Shown in pieces: positions 1 through 7,265 of a stretch of DNA of 31,271 nt. This DNA is from Bacteroidales bacterium. Lineage in GTDB: Bacteria > Bacteroidota > Bacteroidia > Bacteroidales > JAADJA01. The translations under genes and the position numbers were made by a program. The notes under the pieces are model-generated. The model was not told where the DNA came from. It saw only the letters and a list, made by a program, of their open reading frames with translations, and did not search any database. The stretch covers positions 1-31,271 of the forward strand of contig DAOVYU010000001.1 in assembly GCA_030635465.1 (NCBI GenBank). The letters run 5' to 3'. Numbering within the stretch: the first letter of the stretch is position 1; each line of letters starts with the position of its first letter.

Positions 1-256
1 AATGAACAGCTGTTATTCGACCAGGTTTAGTAAGTCTTGAAATTTCTTTAATCAAATATTCATATTGATCTAAGAATTGTTCCCGAGTTTCACAATTTGA
101 AAAATCATTTTCTGAACTGGAATAGTTGTATAACCCGGCAAATGGAGGTGAATACACACTTAAATCAATACTCTCAGTTTCAAGAGTTGGTAATACATAC
201 ATACAATCACTATTATAAAGTGCGTAATTGTCTTTGATTAATTGTTCTTTTATCAT
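1..256 (-). CDS. Amino (N4-C/N6-A) DNA methyltransferase, N-terminal part; runs off the window edge
   Basis: Not in the ORF track. My translation: MIKEQLIKDNYALYNSDCMYVLPTLETESIDLSVYSPPFAGLYNYS...LIKEISRLTKPGRITAVH. It shows the beta-class pattern 'DC..VL..L...SIDL...SPPF' (motif IV) and 'E..R..KPG'. Starts 1 nt after the helicase stop. Confidence 0.88.
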   Translation of the reverse strand, partial: MIKEQLIKDNYALYNSDCMYVLPTLETESIDLSVYSPPFAGLYNYSSSENDFSNCETREQFLDQYEYLIKEISRLTKPGRITAVH

Positions 257-257
257 T

Positions 258-1622
258 TTATAAAAATTTAGGTAATATTATTTTTTTATCAAATTGTTGA
301 ATTCTCGATTTATAATCTGAATTTATTGAAACATTCAATTTACTGAATAGCTGATTTGATTTTTCTGCTTTTGCAATTAAGCTGTCTAATACCCTTTTTT
401 GACCATCAGAATATATCAGGTCCACTATAACTTCATTCGTTTGACCAAACCTCCAAAAACGTCTTATAGATTGATAATATTGTTCAAACGAAAAGGTAGG
501 AAAATAAGTTGTATGATTGCAATGCTGCCAATTTAAACCGAATGCAGTAATCTTTGGTTTTGTGATAAGCCTATTTATTTGTTTATTGTAAAAAGCTAAA
601 AGTATTTCTTCCTTTTTATCAATATTCATAGACCCTTTTATTTCATGAGCGTTTTTATCGAGTTGGTTTAATAAAGCACTTTCATCATTTCTATTGCACC
701 AATAAACTGAAGTTTTATGATTTTCAGATAATTTAATAGATTTAATACATCGTTCTTCAATAGTAGCTCTACTTTCGGCTAATATTTCTTTCATCGTTTT
801 AGCAACAATATTGAACATTTGATGTTGACCATTAATGATTAATTCTTTATTGTTTTTTATGGAATGATAATTCAAATGTAATTTTGGCAAAATAAATTCC
901 GTATCATCAAATCCTAAATCACTGGGTTTACGCATGGATATGGACCAACTACTAACCCACTCAAAAAAACTTTCGTTTGCATGTCCTTTTAATATCCACT
1001 TGGTGCCTATATTCATTGGGCTAATAGTATCTTCATTATTTGTGAAAAACTTTGTTAGCATGTCTGTATAACCCATATACCCCAATGCTTCTGAACTGGT
1101 CCCTAATTCAATAAAATCATTTGGTGAAGGTGTTGCCGTAAATAAATATCTATATTTTACTTTCTTTAAAAAAGTTGTTATATGCATTCGTATTGCTCCT
1201 TTGAAATTCTTTAAAATCGAACTTTCATCAAGCATAACACAATCAAAATCTGTGTAATCAAAATGTTCTAATCGTTCATAATTACAAACAACTATCTTAG
1301 ATTTGTATTTACCATTTTTAGAATATTCAATATCATCAATTCCAAATTTTTCAGCTTCTTTGATAAATTGAAAAGCAACGGCTAAAGGTGTTATTATCAG
1401 TACTGGCTTATTAAACTTTTCAATGTAATTTTTAGCAATCACCAATTCAATAATGGTTTTGCCTAGGCCGGTATCTAAAAAAACAGCACATCTACCCTTT
1501 TTTATAGCGTATTTTGTAACATATTTTTGAAAATCAAAAAGATAATCAGGAATAAATTTTGGTTCAATTCCGTAATTATTTGAAATGTGTTTTTTGTGTT
1601 CTAAAAATTCTGTGTATTCCAT
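258..1622 (-). CDS. SF2 / SNF2-like helicase (ATPase)
   Basis: Motif I DTGLGKT, motif II DESS, motif III TATP, motif V GLNWQ, motif VI QSIRRFWRFGQ. Confidence 0.9.
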   Translation of the reverse strand: MEYTEFLEHKKHISNNYGIEPKFIPDYLFDFQKYVTKYAIKKGRCAVFLDTGLGKTIIELVIAKNYIEKFNKPVLIITPLAVAFQFIKEAEKFGIDDIEYSKNGKYKSKIVVCNYERLEHFDYTDFDCVMLDESSILKNFKGAIRMHITTFLKKVKYRYLFTATPSPNDFIELGTSSEALGYMGYTDMLTKFFTNNEDTISPMNIGTKWILKGHANESFFEWVSSWSISMRKPSDLGFDDTEFILPKLHLNYHSIKNNKELIINGQHQMFNIVAKTMKEILAESRATIEERCIKSIKLSENHKTSVYWCNRNDESALLNQLDKNAHEIKGSMNIDKKEEILLAFYNKQINRLITKPKITAFGLNWQHCNHTTYFPTFSFEQYYQSIRRFWRFGQTNEVIVDLIYSDGQKRVLDSLIAKAEKSNQLFSKLNVSINSDYKSRIQQFDKKIILPKFL

Positions 1623-1640
1623 ATTTTAATTTAAGGTATT

Positions 1641-1723
1641 AAAAAACCGTACCCGGATTGGCTAAAGTGGAACTGCCTCCCCGAATACGGTAAAATGTTT
1701 TAAACGTTAAAGAGTTCCACGCC
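1641..1723 (-). promoter_or_regulatory. Structured 5' leader (pseudoknot or terminator/antiterminator switch) upstream of the helicase-MTase pair
   Basis: Minus-strand order A(GUGGAACU, 1720-1713), B(ACCGUAUUCGG, 1691-1681), A'(AGUUCCAC, 1674-1667), B'(CCGGGUACGGU, 1656-1646), then a U-run. A/A' is a perfect 8-bp helix; B/B' is 11 bp with two G-U pairs. Confidence 0.55.
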
Positions 1724-1733
1724 ATTAACTTTG

Positions 1734-1741
1734 CTAATTTA
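1734..1741 (-). promoter_or_regulatory. Possible Bacteroidota -7 box (TAAATTAG, one mismatch)
   Basis: Near-match to TAnnTTTG just upstream of the structured leader; no clear -33 TTTG. Confidence 0.3.
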
Positions 1742-1812
1742 ATAAATAATATTGAATCATAAAAACATTTATTTCAGTATTTTCAGCCATAGTCTTTTAG
1801 GTGTTGGTTGGG

Positions 1813-1944
1813 TTAATTTTTTTCTTTATACTTTGCATATTCTTCCATCATTTCAGCTACCCAATTATCATTAATTACTTCGTGTTCATTCCAATGATCT
1901 TTCATTGATGGATATTTGTTTTGTAAAAATTCTTTTGCAGTCAT
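1813..1944 (-). CDS. Small hypothetical protein (43 aa)
   Basis: My translation MTAKEFLQNKYPSMKDHWNEHEVINDNWVAEMMEEYAKYKEKN; tiles with neighbouring ORFs. Confidence 0.65.
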   Translation of the reverse strand: MTAKEFLQNKYPSMKDHWNEHEVINDNWVAEMMEEYAKYKEKN

Positions 1945-1955
1945 AATTCTAGTCT

Positions 1956-2135
1956 TTATTGTTGGTTAAATTTTAGTTTTTTCTTTAATTTTTTACAGTT
2001 GTGTTTTATATATTCCCAACGGATAAAAGTATCTCCACAAAAAGGAGGTTGCCATGATTCTTGTTTTCTATGAATAGCTTTTGCTATTGCCTTACCACAT
2101 CCCGGACAAGTTGGTGTTTTTCTATATTTTGCCAT
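1956..2135 (-). CDS. Small putative zinc-binding protein (59 aa)
   Basis: My translation MAKYRKTPTCPGCGKAIAK...HNCKK; CxxC plus distal HxC; tiles with neighbours. Confidence 0.65.
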   Translation of the reverse strand: MAKYRKTPTCPGCGKAIAKAIHRKQESWQPPFCGDTFIRWEYIKHNCKKLKKKLKFNQQ

Positions 2136-2158
2136 AATTGTATTGTTTGTTAGTTAAA

Positions 2159-2302
2159 TTAAGGTGTTTGATTTCTTTCCATTAAATATTCCTCTAGCTT
2201 TTCGTAGAAGTTTTCAGGATGTTTAGCTTGTATTTTTTCAACAACCCAAACAGGCATATCATAATCCTTTGCTGTTTGTTCTATAAAATTTTTATTTTCC
2301 AT
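2159..2302 (-). CDS. Small hypothetical protein (47 aa)
   Basis: My translation MENKNFIEQTAKDYDMPVWVVEKIQAKHPENFYEKLEEYLMERNQTP; tiles with neighbours. Confidence 0.65.
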   Translation of the reverse strand: MENKNFIEQTAKDYDMPVWVVEKIQAKHPENFYEKLEEYLMERNQTP

Positions 2303-2308
2303 AATGTA

Positions 2309-2515
2309 TTATATTAAAGTTGCCTCTATTTTTACATTTGTCATAGTCACGGGGATAGATTCTCCACTATCAGTTTTCATAAAATGACTTTCACAGCTTA
2401 TACTGAATTGCAGATATCCGTATTCGTTTATAATTTTTTGCAACATTTTGCTAATTTCTACTTCAGAATGCACAATGTCAATTCTTAATTCTCTTACACT
2501 TTTATTTTTACTCAT
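2309..2515 (-). CDS. Hypothetical protein (68 aa)
   Basis: ORF track; tiles in the minus-strand operon. Confidence 0.65.
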   Translation of the reverse strand: MSKNKSVRELRIDIVHSEVEISKMLQKIINEYGYLQFSISCESHFMKTDSGESIPVTMTNVKIEATLI

Positions 2516-2518
2516 AAC

Positions 2519-2713
2519 TTAAAGATTATTTACACATTCAGTTAAATTTCGATATTCCTTTTTCAGTTTCCGTAGCTCTTTTGCATCCATAAAATCATGC
2601 TCCATAAATATAAACAATTTTAATTGCTTTAAATACTCTTGAATCATGTATATATCATCAACATTTAATTCTGTACGTAGATTTCCATTCTGTATTGATG
2701 TGAAGTTTTTCAC
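2519..2713 (-). CDS. Hypothetical protein (64 aa, GTG start)
   Basis: ORF track; tiles in the operon. Confidence 0.6.
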   Translation of the reverse strand: MKNFTSIQNGNLRTELNVDDIYMIQEYLKQLKLFIFMEHDFMDAKELRKLKKEYRNLTECVNNL

Positions 2714-2719
2714 ACTGAT

Positions 2720-2866
2720 TTAATTACTTAATGTTATTATCATCATTCTAATTAGTACATAAATCCAAGCAAATAAAAGACCGAGTACGCACCAAAGGAA
2801 TATTGTAATCGGTAATGGATGTCCTAAAAACTCAATTTCAAATAATCTATCTAAAAATTTTCTCAT
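2720..2866 (-). CDS. Small single-TM membrane protein (48 aa)
   Basis: My translation MRKFLDRLFEIEFLGHPLPITIFLWCVLGLLFAWIYVLIRMMIITLSN; ATGA overlap with the upstream ORF. Confidence 0.65.
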   Translation of the reverse strand: MRKFLDRLFEIEFLGHPLPITIFLWCVLGLLFAWIYVLIRMMIITLSN

Positions 2867-3018
2867 GCAGATAATTTCTTATTATAACGCTTATCCAATA
2901 TCCTGTTTACCTGAGATAAATGTATTCCGCTTTCATTTGAGATATTAACATTTGAATTATTCTGCAAGATGTCATGCCAGTACAAAACCTCTTCTCTATG
3001 AATCCAGGAATATTTCAT
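2863..3018 (-). CDS. Small HTH-like protein (51 aa)
   Basis: My translation MKYSWIHREEVLYWHDILQNNSNVNISNESGIHLSQVNRILDKRYNKKLSA; 'IS.ESGI..SQV.RIL' resembles a helix-turn-helix. Confidence 0.55.
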   Translation of the reverse strand: MKYSWIHREEVLYWHDILQNNSNVNISNESGIHLSQVNRILDKRYNKKLSA

Positions 3019-3022
3019 TATT

Positions 3023-3286
3023 TTAATTATTGGGGTTTAGTTCTTGTAGATGATTAAGTAAAATTTTACCAATATGTTGAAAAACTGATTCAGGTCTTTT
3101 CCAATTTTTCTCTGCATAATCAACAACATAATCAAACCATTCTGCAAACCATGATGTGTCTTTAATGGATTCTGCTATTTCTATGTATGAATAAATATGA
3201 AATAATTCCCCATGTGAATTGCTATTCAATATTCTCTCAGAATACTTTTCAATTCCTAATTTTTTTAATGCTTCATTGAAGTTCAT
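3023..3286 (-). CDS. Hypothetical protein (87 aa)
   Basis: ORF track; tiles in the operon. Confidence 0.7.
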   Translation of the reverse strand: MNFNEALKKLGIEKYSERILNSNSHGELFHIYSYIEIAESIKDTSWFAEWFDYVVDYAEKNWKRPESVFQHIGKILLNHLQELNPNN

Positions 3287-3296
3287 GTCTTATTAT

Positions 3297-3470
3297 TTAC
3301 ACTTTAATTAGATTGTAATGTTTATCCCCGTTTCCCCAATTTCCACCTGTACAATTAATTTTACCATATAGAGCTAAACGTTTTGCAATTAAATAATCCA
3401 TTTGCCTAACCAACTTACTATTTTTGGTAATGAATGCTTTTTTTTCGGATTTAATTGTTATTTCTATCAT
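3297..3470 (-). CDS. Small hypothetical protein (57 aa)
   Basis: My translation MIEITIKSEKKAFITKNSKLVRQMDYLIAKRLALYGKINCTGGNWGNGDKHYNLIKV; ATGA overlap with the exonuclease stop. Confidence 0.6.
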   Translation of the reverse strand: MIEITIKSEKKAFITKNSKLVRQMDYLIAKRLALYGKINCTGGNWGNGDKHYNLIKV

Positions 3471-4219
3471 GATTTTATAATCTGTATTTCATTCAACAAT
3501 AAATTAGCCTTCTCCATTCGTTCTGTTAATAAGTTCTTGTCATGTTCCGGTACCTCAAAAGTAAACTTATTAACATTTTTGTAATAACCATCATCAGCAA
3601 TCCAATGTAGGTCATTTATTGGCTTTTCTGTAATGAATCTAAATTTCCATGGATCCAGATCATTGCGTTCAAGGATATTCGTATCTTCAATCAATTCCCG
3701 TATTTTTTCCAATTCAGATTTGTATGGCATGTACGTAATAGCCTCACCAATATCTACCTGGTGTATGATACAATTAGAAATTATCTGCCAGTATTCCTCA
3801 GCAAAATCCTTCCTGAATGCTTGTAAATCTCCTTTCAATAAACAATCTGTATATTGAGCAAACTTTTTACGTTCATAACATTTGGCTTCTGAAATCATAG
3901 TCCTAGCAACAATAAAATCAGTTGAACCACTCCAATACTTACCTATTTCGGGATCCGGATGTAAAAAGGTGTCTTTACATGCATGCTTATACTCAAACCC
4001 TAGATGAGCCTCAAACAAAATTATTTCCATAATAGAACCCCACGCAATAGACTGTGAATAGGCCCCAACATCCAAACAAGACCCAATACGTTTTTCAATC
4101 TTTTTTTCTTCAATGTAAGTAATCGCAGGAGCCCCAAACCCATACATACCTTTTCCGGTTTTTAATAGCTTAGAAGCCTTTGAAGAAGTGAAATGAGCCA
4201 TTCTTTTACCATTATTCAT
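3467..4219 (-). CDS. YqaJ-like / lambda-exonuclease-family alkaline exonuclease
   Basis: N-terminal R...FTSS; WG...E; PD-(D/E)XK-type 'GSTDF...SEAKC'; 'YWQI'; adjacent to an annealase gene. Confidence 0.8.
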   Translation of the reverse strand: MNNGKRMAHFTSSKASKLLKTGKGMYGFGAPAITYIEEKKIEKRIGSCLDVGAYSQSIAWGSIMEIILFEAHLGFEYKHACKDTFLHPDPEIGKYWSGSTDFIVARTMISEAKCYERKKFAQYTDCLLKGDLQAFRKDFAEEYWQIISNCIIHQVDIGEAITYMPYKSELEKIRELIEDTNILERNDLDPWKFRFITEKPINDLHWIADDGYYKNVNKFTFEVPEHDKNLLTERMEKANLLLNEIQIIKS

Positions 4220-4958
4220 CTTTTGGAAGTTTAGATTGTAAATGTCGTAATACCTTAGCGTATGAGGACGTTTCTTTTTGGTCTACAATCCTTTGAAAAT
4301 TTAAGCTATCTTCTTCTTCTATATGAACATTCTCATTTTCCAATAATTCATTGATTTCCTTTAATTGGCTTTCGTGAATGTTCTCATTGATATTTGAAAT
4401 GTCAATTATTTCCTCAACTGAATGCATGCCTTTTAGAATATCCGGGGCATACAATCTACCGAAAAATGATGCTGATCGATATTGGAACATTAATTCCGGC
4501 ATGGTTTTCCATTTAGAACCTAATTTATCCAACCATCCTTCAGCTTTTACCATGGTCCAGTTAACCAAAGGTCCAACTAACATTTCCCCGGATTCCAAAT
4601 CTTTTGCAATAGCTCTACAGCCGTATTCATTTGTTTTAGGCTCACCCTCAAATTTAAATCTCAAAGGACTAAATCTACCACATGAATTCAATACTGCTAT
4701 TATAAATGCAGATGACCAGGAAGGTTTCCCTTTGATCACATCTAAATTTTGCATTACCATGAATGCAGAAACGCCAATTCTATTAGCCATCTCAAGGGCA
4801 ATCATGGTATTAGGTATATTATTCCTATATGCTGTTGGCACCAATTCTGCTTTTGAAAGTGCAGAGGCTATTCTTTGACCATCTTCGAATGCTTTAATAT
4901 TTGAAAATATAGATGCACTACTCGGTGTTACTTTCTGTAACTTGTTTTCGTCTTCCAT
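4212..4958 (-). CDS. RecT/Redbeta-like single-strand annealing protein
   Basis: LVP..Y......IAL.MA.R.G..P/F..VMQN..VI.GKP and W..MPE.M..YR...F..R.Y.PD.L.G...EE pattern; paired with an exonuclease. Confidence 0.8.
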   Translation of the reverse strand: MEDENKLQKVTPSSASIFSNIKAFEDGQRIASALSKAELVPTAYRNNIPNTMIALEMANRIGVSAFMVMQNLDVIKGKPSWSSAFIIAVLNSCGRFSPLRFKFEGEPKTNEYGCRAIAKDLESGEMLVGPLVNWTMVKAEGWLDKLGSKWKTMPELMFQYRSASFFGRLYAPDILKGMHSVEEIIDISNINENIHESQLKEINELLENENVHIEEEDSLNFQRIVDQKETSSYAKVLRHLQSKLPKDE

Positions 4959-4981
4959 GTTTGTTACTTGTTTTAAAGTTG

Positions 4982-5338
4982 TTATTTGTTAGTAGGGGTT
5001 ATTAATTTTGACGCAATAGCACTACATTGTTCATCAATTTTACGCTCCAATAACCATTGAACTATTGCCACTCGTTTATTTTTTTCATCCAATCGTATAT
5101 GTTTTATAGGAAGCCACATATAATCAACATCATAATGTTCCATATTGAGTGGAGCTACTTGAATAGCTAATTTAATTAATATTGCTTTAGCGGTCCTTCG
5201 TTTTATATCATCATAAGGTAAAGAATTTAAAGGCACACCGTCTTTTACCGTTTGTTCAACACCATCATGTATAGATAATGTAGAATCTAAATGTTGTTCA
5301 AACATATCATTAGCGTGCATATTTGCATATTCTCCCAT
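4982..5338 (-). CDS. Hypothetical protein (118 aa)
   Basis: ORF track; tiles in the operon. Confidence 0.7.
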   Translation of the reverse strand: MGEYANMHANDMFEQHLDSTLSIHDGVEQTVKDGVPLNSLPYDDIKRRTAKAILIKLAIQVAPLNMEHYDVDYMWLPIKHIRLDEKNKRVAIVQWLLERKIDEQCSAIASKLITPTNK

Positions 5339-5340
5339 AA

Positions 5341-5556
5341 TTACTTATTTTTATTTATTAAATCCACCCATTGTTTATTACCGATTTCAACCATTAATTC
5401 AGAGAATGAAGGTGCTGTTATTTCTTCAACTGATTCACATCTCGTTCTATCTAAATAATGTGTTTTAACTGATAAAACTTTTTTAAGTAAACAAGTCCAA
5501 ACTCCTTCGGATTTAGTTATTGATATTATATGATCACCTTTATCCATCTTTTTCAA
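5341..5556 (-). CDS. Hypothetical protein (71 aa)
   Basis: ORF track; tiles in the operon. Confidence 0.6.
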   Translation of the reverse strand: MKKMDKGDHIISITKSEGVWTCLLKKVLSVKTHYLDRTRCESVEEITAPSFSELMVEIGNKQWVDLINKNK

Positions 5557-5785
5557 TTAAAAAGTCCTCAATTTGACAATCACCAATCTCAGCAAGTATC
5601 TTTAATTTATCAATAAGTTTTGGCGTTTTTCTACCTTTCCAATCACAAAGATTCTGTTTTGTAGACCCTACCATTTCAGCTATTCTTTTACGGTCCATGG
5701 GTAATAGTTCAGGATGATCAGCATTGTAAAAACCAATCACAATATCTACATCAATAATGTAGGTTTTTTCTGTATTGTCTGACAT
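5540..5785 (-). CDS. Cro/C1-type HTH transcription regulator
   Basis: DRKRIAEMVGSTKQNLCDWK...P....L..LAE....IEDF is an XRE-like HTH pattern; no C-terminal peptidase domain. Confidence 0.75.
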   Translation of the reverse strand: MSDNTEKTYIIDVDIVIGFYNADHPELLPMDRKRIAEMVGSTKQNLCDWKGRKTPKLIDKLKILAEIGDCQIEDFLIEKDG

Positions 5786-5991
5786 ATATTAATTTTTAAA
5801 TTATAATTCAATAAGTTTTCTTTAATGGAGTAGTACACAAAATAAATAATGATTACAGGTACCCCAAATATTAAAATTTGCAACCAATAAAAGTATAGTA
5901 ATACAGGAATAATACCATACATCAATACCCAGGCTGACAAAAAACCAGCCCAAAAACATATCAATAATATTTCCTTTAAATCGGTGTGCAA
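5746..5991 (-). CDS. Small two-TM membrane protein
   Basis: Two hydrophobic stretches; TTG start; 3' end overlaps the HTH gene. Confidence 0.55.
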   Translation of the reverse strand: MHTDLKEILLICFWAGFLSAWVLMYGIIPVLLYFYWLQILIFGVPVIIIYFVYYSIKENLLNYNLKINICQTIQKKPTLLM

Positions 5992-5992
5992 A

Positions 5993-6139
5993 TCAATTCA
6001 TTGATAGATAAAAGTACAATTCTTTACTCGTGTTTCTACATTCGAATTCAGCCCAAGAAACATTATCCATTTTAAATATCTCAAACCTCATTGGCTTTAG
6101 TATATTATGGTTGTTAATAAGTTCTTTTCGAGAGTACAT
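5993..6139 (-). CDS. First early-operon ORF, 48 aa (start revised from 6277)
   Basis: The ORF-track start at 6277 would read through a terminator and a promoter; the ATG at 6139 lies just downstream of the promoter at 6167-6197. Confidence 0.5.
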   Translation of the reverse strand: MYSRKELINNHNILKPMRFEIFKMDNVSWAEFECRNTSKELYFYLSMN

Positions 6140-6166
6140 ATCATTATTTTTAAACGTTTGTTGTGT

Positions 6167-6197
6167 CAAATGTACGTATTTTTTTTTACAATACAAA
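6167..6197 (-). promoter_or_regulatory. Bacteroidota housekeeping-sigma promoter for the early operon
   Basis: TTTG (6197-6194), 19-nt spacer, TACATTTG (6174-6167); exact -33/-7 consensus. Confidence 0.85.
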
Positions 6198-6217
6198 TTT
6201 ATTTGTTTTATTTTAAC

Positions 6218-6250
6218 AAAAAGAAACCCCCAATTGAGAGTTGAGGGTTT
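6218..6250 (-). terminator. Intrinsic terminator
   Basis: AAACCCUCAA-cucucaa-UUGGGGGUUU 10-bp stem followed by CUUUUU. Confidence 0.75.
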
Positions 6251-6290
6251 AAAATGTAACAAACATTTTGCATACAAAGTATGTATACCA
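6218..6290 (-). ncRNA. Candidate ~70-nt small RNA
   Basis: Bounded by a -7 box (6301-6294) and the terminator; contains hairpins CAUAC/GUAUG and AAAAUGU/ACAUUUU. Confidence 0.4.
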
Positions 6291-6293
6291 TTG

Positions 6294-6326
6294 CAAATAT
6301 AAGATTAAATTATTAAAGTTCGTAAA
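6294..6326 (-). promoter_or_regulatory. Bacteroidota promoter (-7 TATATTTG; weak -33 TTTA, 21-nt spacer)
   Basis: TATATTTGCA at 6301-6292. Confidence 0.65.
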
Positions 6327-6332
6327 TAAATG

Positions 6333-6500
6333 AAAAAACCCACCTACTTTAATTTAATTTACGCTTACTGTCTATTAATAAAGCAAAGAACTTTTAATTA
6401 AAATGGTAAGAGAACTCCCAATTACTTGGTGGGTAATTAATCCTGGGCTATGTTCTCCACTCCCCAACGACTTGTGTTTAAAAAAAACTACCATTTATAA
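6333..6500 (-). ncRNA. Candidate ~165-nt structured RNA
   Basis: Nested stems AAAUGGUAG/UUACCAUUU, GAGAAC/GUUCUC and AAUUAC/GUAAUU; the apical ACCCACC is complementary to GGUGGGU just before a U-run; no ORF. Confidence 0.45.
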
Positions 6501-6507
6501 ATCTATT

Positions 6508-6515
6508 CAAATGTA
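6508..6515 (-). promoter_or_regulatory. -7 box TACATTTG immediately after the lysis terminator
   Basis: Exact TAnnTTTG; the -33 position is a T-run only. Confidence 0.5.
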
Positions 6516-6531
6516 CAACTTTATTTGTAAT

Positions 6532-6552
6532 AAAAAAACCCTCCGGAGAGGG
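6532..6552 (-). terminator. Intrinsic terminator ending the late/lysis transcript
   Basis: CCCUC-uccg-GAGGG followed by U7, ~30 nt after the last lysis gene. Confidence 0.8.
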
Positions 6553-6580
6553 CCAGATAAGTAATTGGAGTATTTAGCAG

Positions 6581-6961
6581 TTATAACAGTAGTAGAATCC
6601 CTATTGCACCGACACCAACACCTTTCAGAAATCCATAAAAGCCTTTACGCCTACCTCGTTTCTTCTCATTGGTAATCATGACTTTTTGGTTATCGATAAC
6701 GGTATTTAACAGGGTTATTTGGTCGTCTTTTAAACTTAAATCTTGCTTCTGGATGCCGATTATTTCACCCTGGACACCAATAACAGAATCCTTGACAACA
6801 ATGCGTATATTTAGAATTTTATTGTTCTCAATCGCTTCATTTCCACGTGTTATTTTAGCAAAAATACTGTCCCGTTGGGTTTCAGTTATCAATCGCCCTT
6901 GTGAATATATCCCACTTGTCGTCAGAATTAGCAGTATTATAATCAGTTTTAAGTTTTTCAT
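6581..6961 (-). CDS. Spanin-like partner: SPI signal peptide, coiled coil and C-terminal TM
   Basis: MKNLKLIIILLILTTSGIYS|Q, heptad-like middle, C-terminal GFYGFLKGVGVGAIGILLLL; no Cys. Confidence 0.5.
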   Translation of the reverse strand: MKNLKLIIILLILTTSGIYSQGRLITETQRDSIFAKITRGNEAIENNKILNIRIVVKDSVIGVQGEIIGIQKQDLSLKDDQITLLNTVIDNQKVMITNEKKRGRRKGFYGFLKGVGVGAIGILLLL

Positions 6962-7265
6962 ACTTTCTGTTTACGTTGTATAGTTGTCTTAGGTGTTTTT
7001 GGTCTAACGAGATTAGGGAATCTATTGCTATTTGCTTTCTAACCATTAATAAGCTATCCTGCTCGACTTTCTGTTGTATTGCAGTGTTGGTGTCCAGTAG
7101 TTGTATGTTCGTGTCTCTAAGCTCTTTATTTTCCTTTCTAAACCTACCTGTAGAACTCCATTGCTTGATAGTTGTGAACCCTAAAAATACGATAATAACA
7201 ATAGGAATAACATAACTTAATTTCAAATCAAATGCCGGGATGTTTACGTTTACCTTGTCTTTCAT
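6882..7265 (-). CDS. i-spanin (Rz)-like protein
   Basis: N-terminal TM (YVIPIVIIVFLGFTTI) then a long coiled coil; downstream of the endolysin and overlapping the next gene. Confidence 0.6.
   Translation of the reverse strand: MKDKVNVNIPAFDLKLSYVIPIVIIVFLGFTTIKQWSSTGRFRKENKELRDTNIQLLDTNTAIQQKVEQDSLLMVRKQIAIDSLISLDQKHLRQLYNVNRKYEKLKTDYNTANSDDKWDIFTRAIDN

Noticed and set aside
1667-1691. TGGAACTGC resembles the start of some type VI-B CRISPR repeats as I recall them (possible RNA anti-CRISPR)
   Set aside because: Only a short match with no matching 3' end; better explained as arm A' of the leader. No CRISPR array anywhere in the window
5993-6277. 94-aa ORF as given by the track
   Set aside because: Its 5' part spans a terminator and a consensus promoter; the start at 6139 is more plausible
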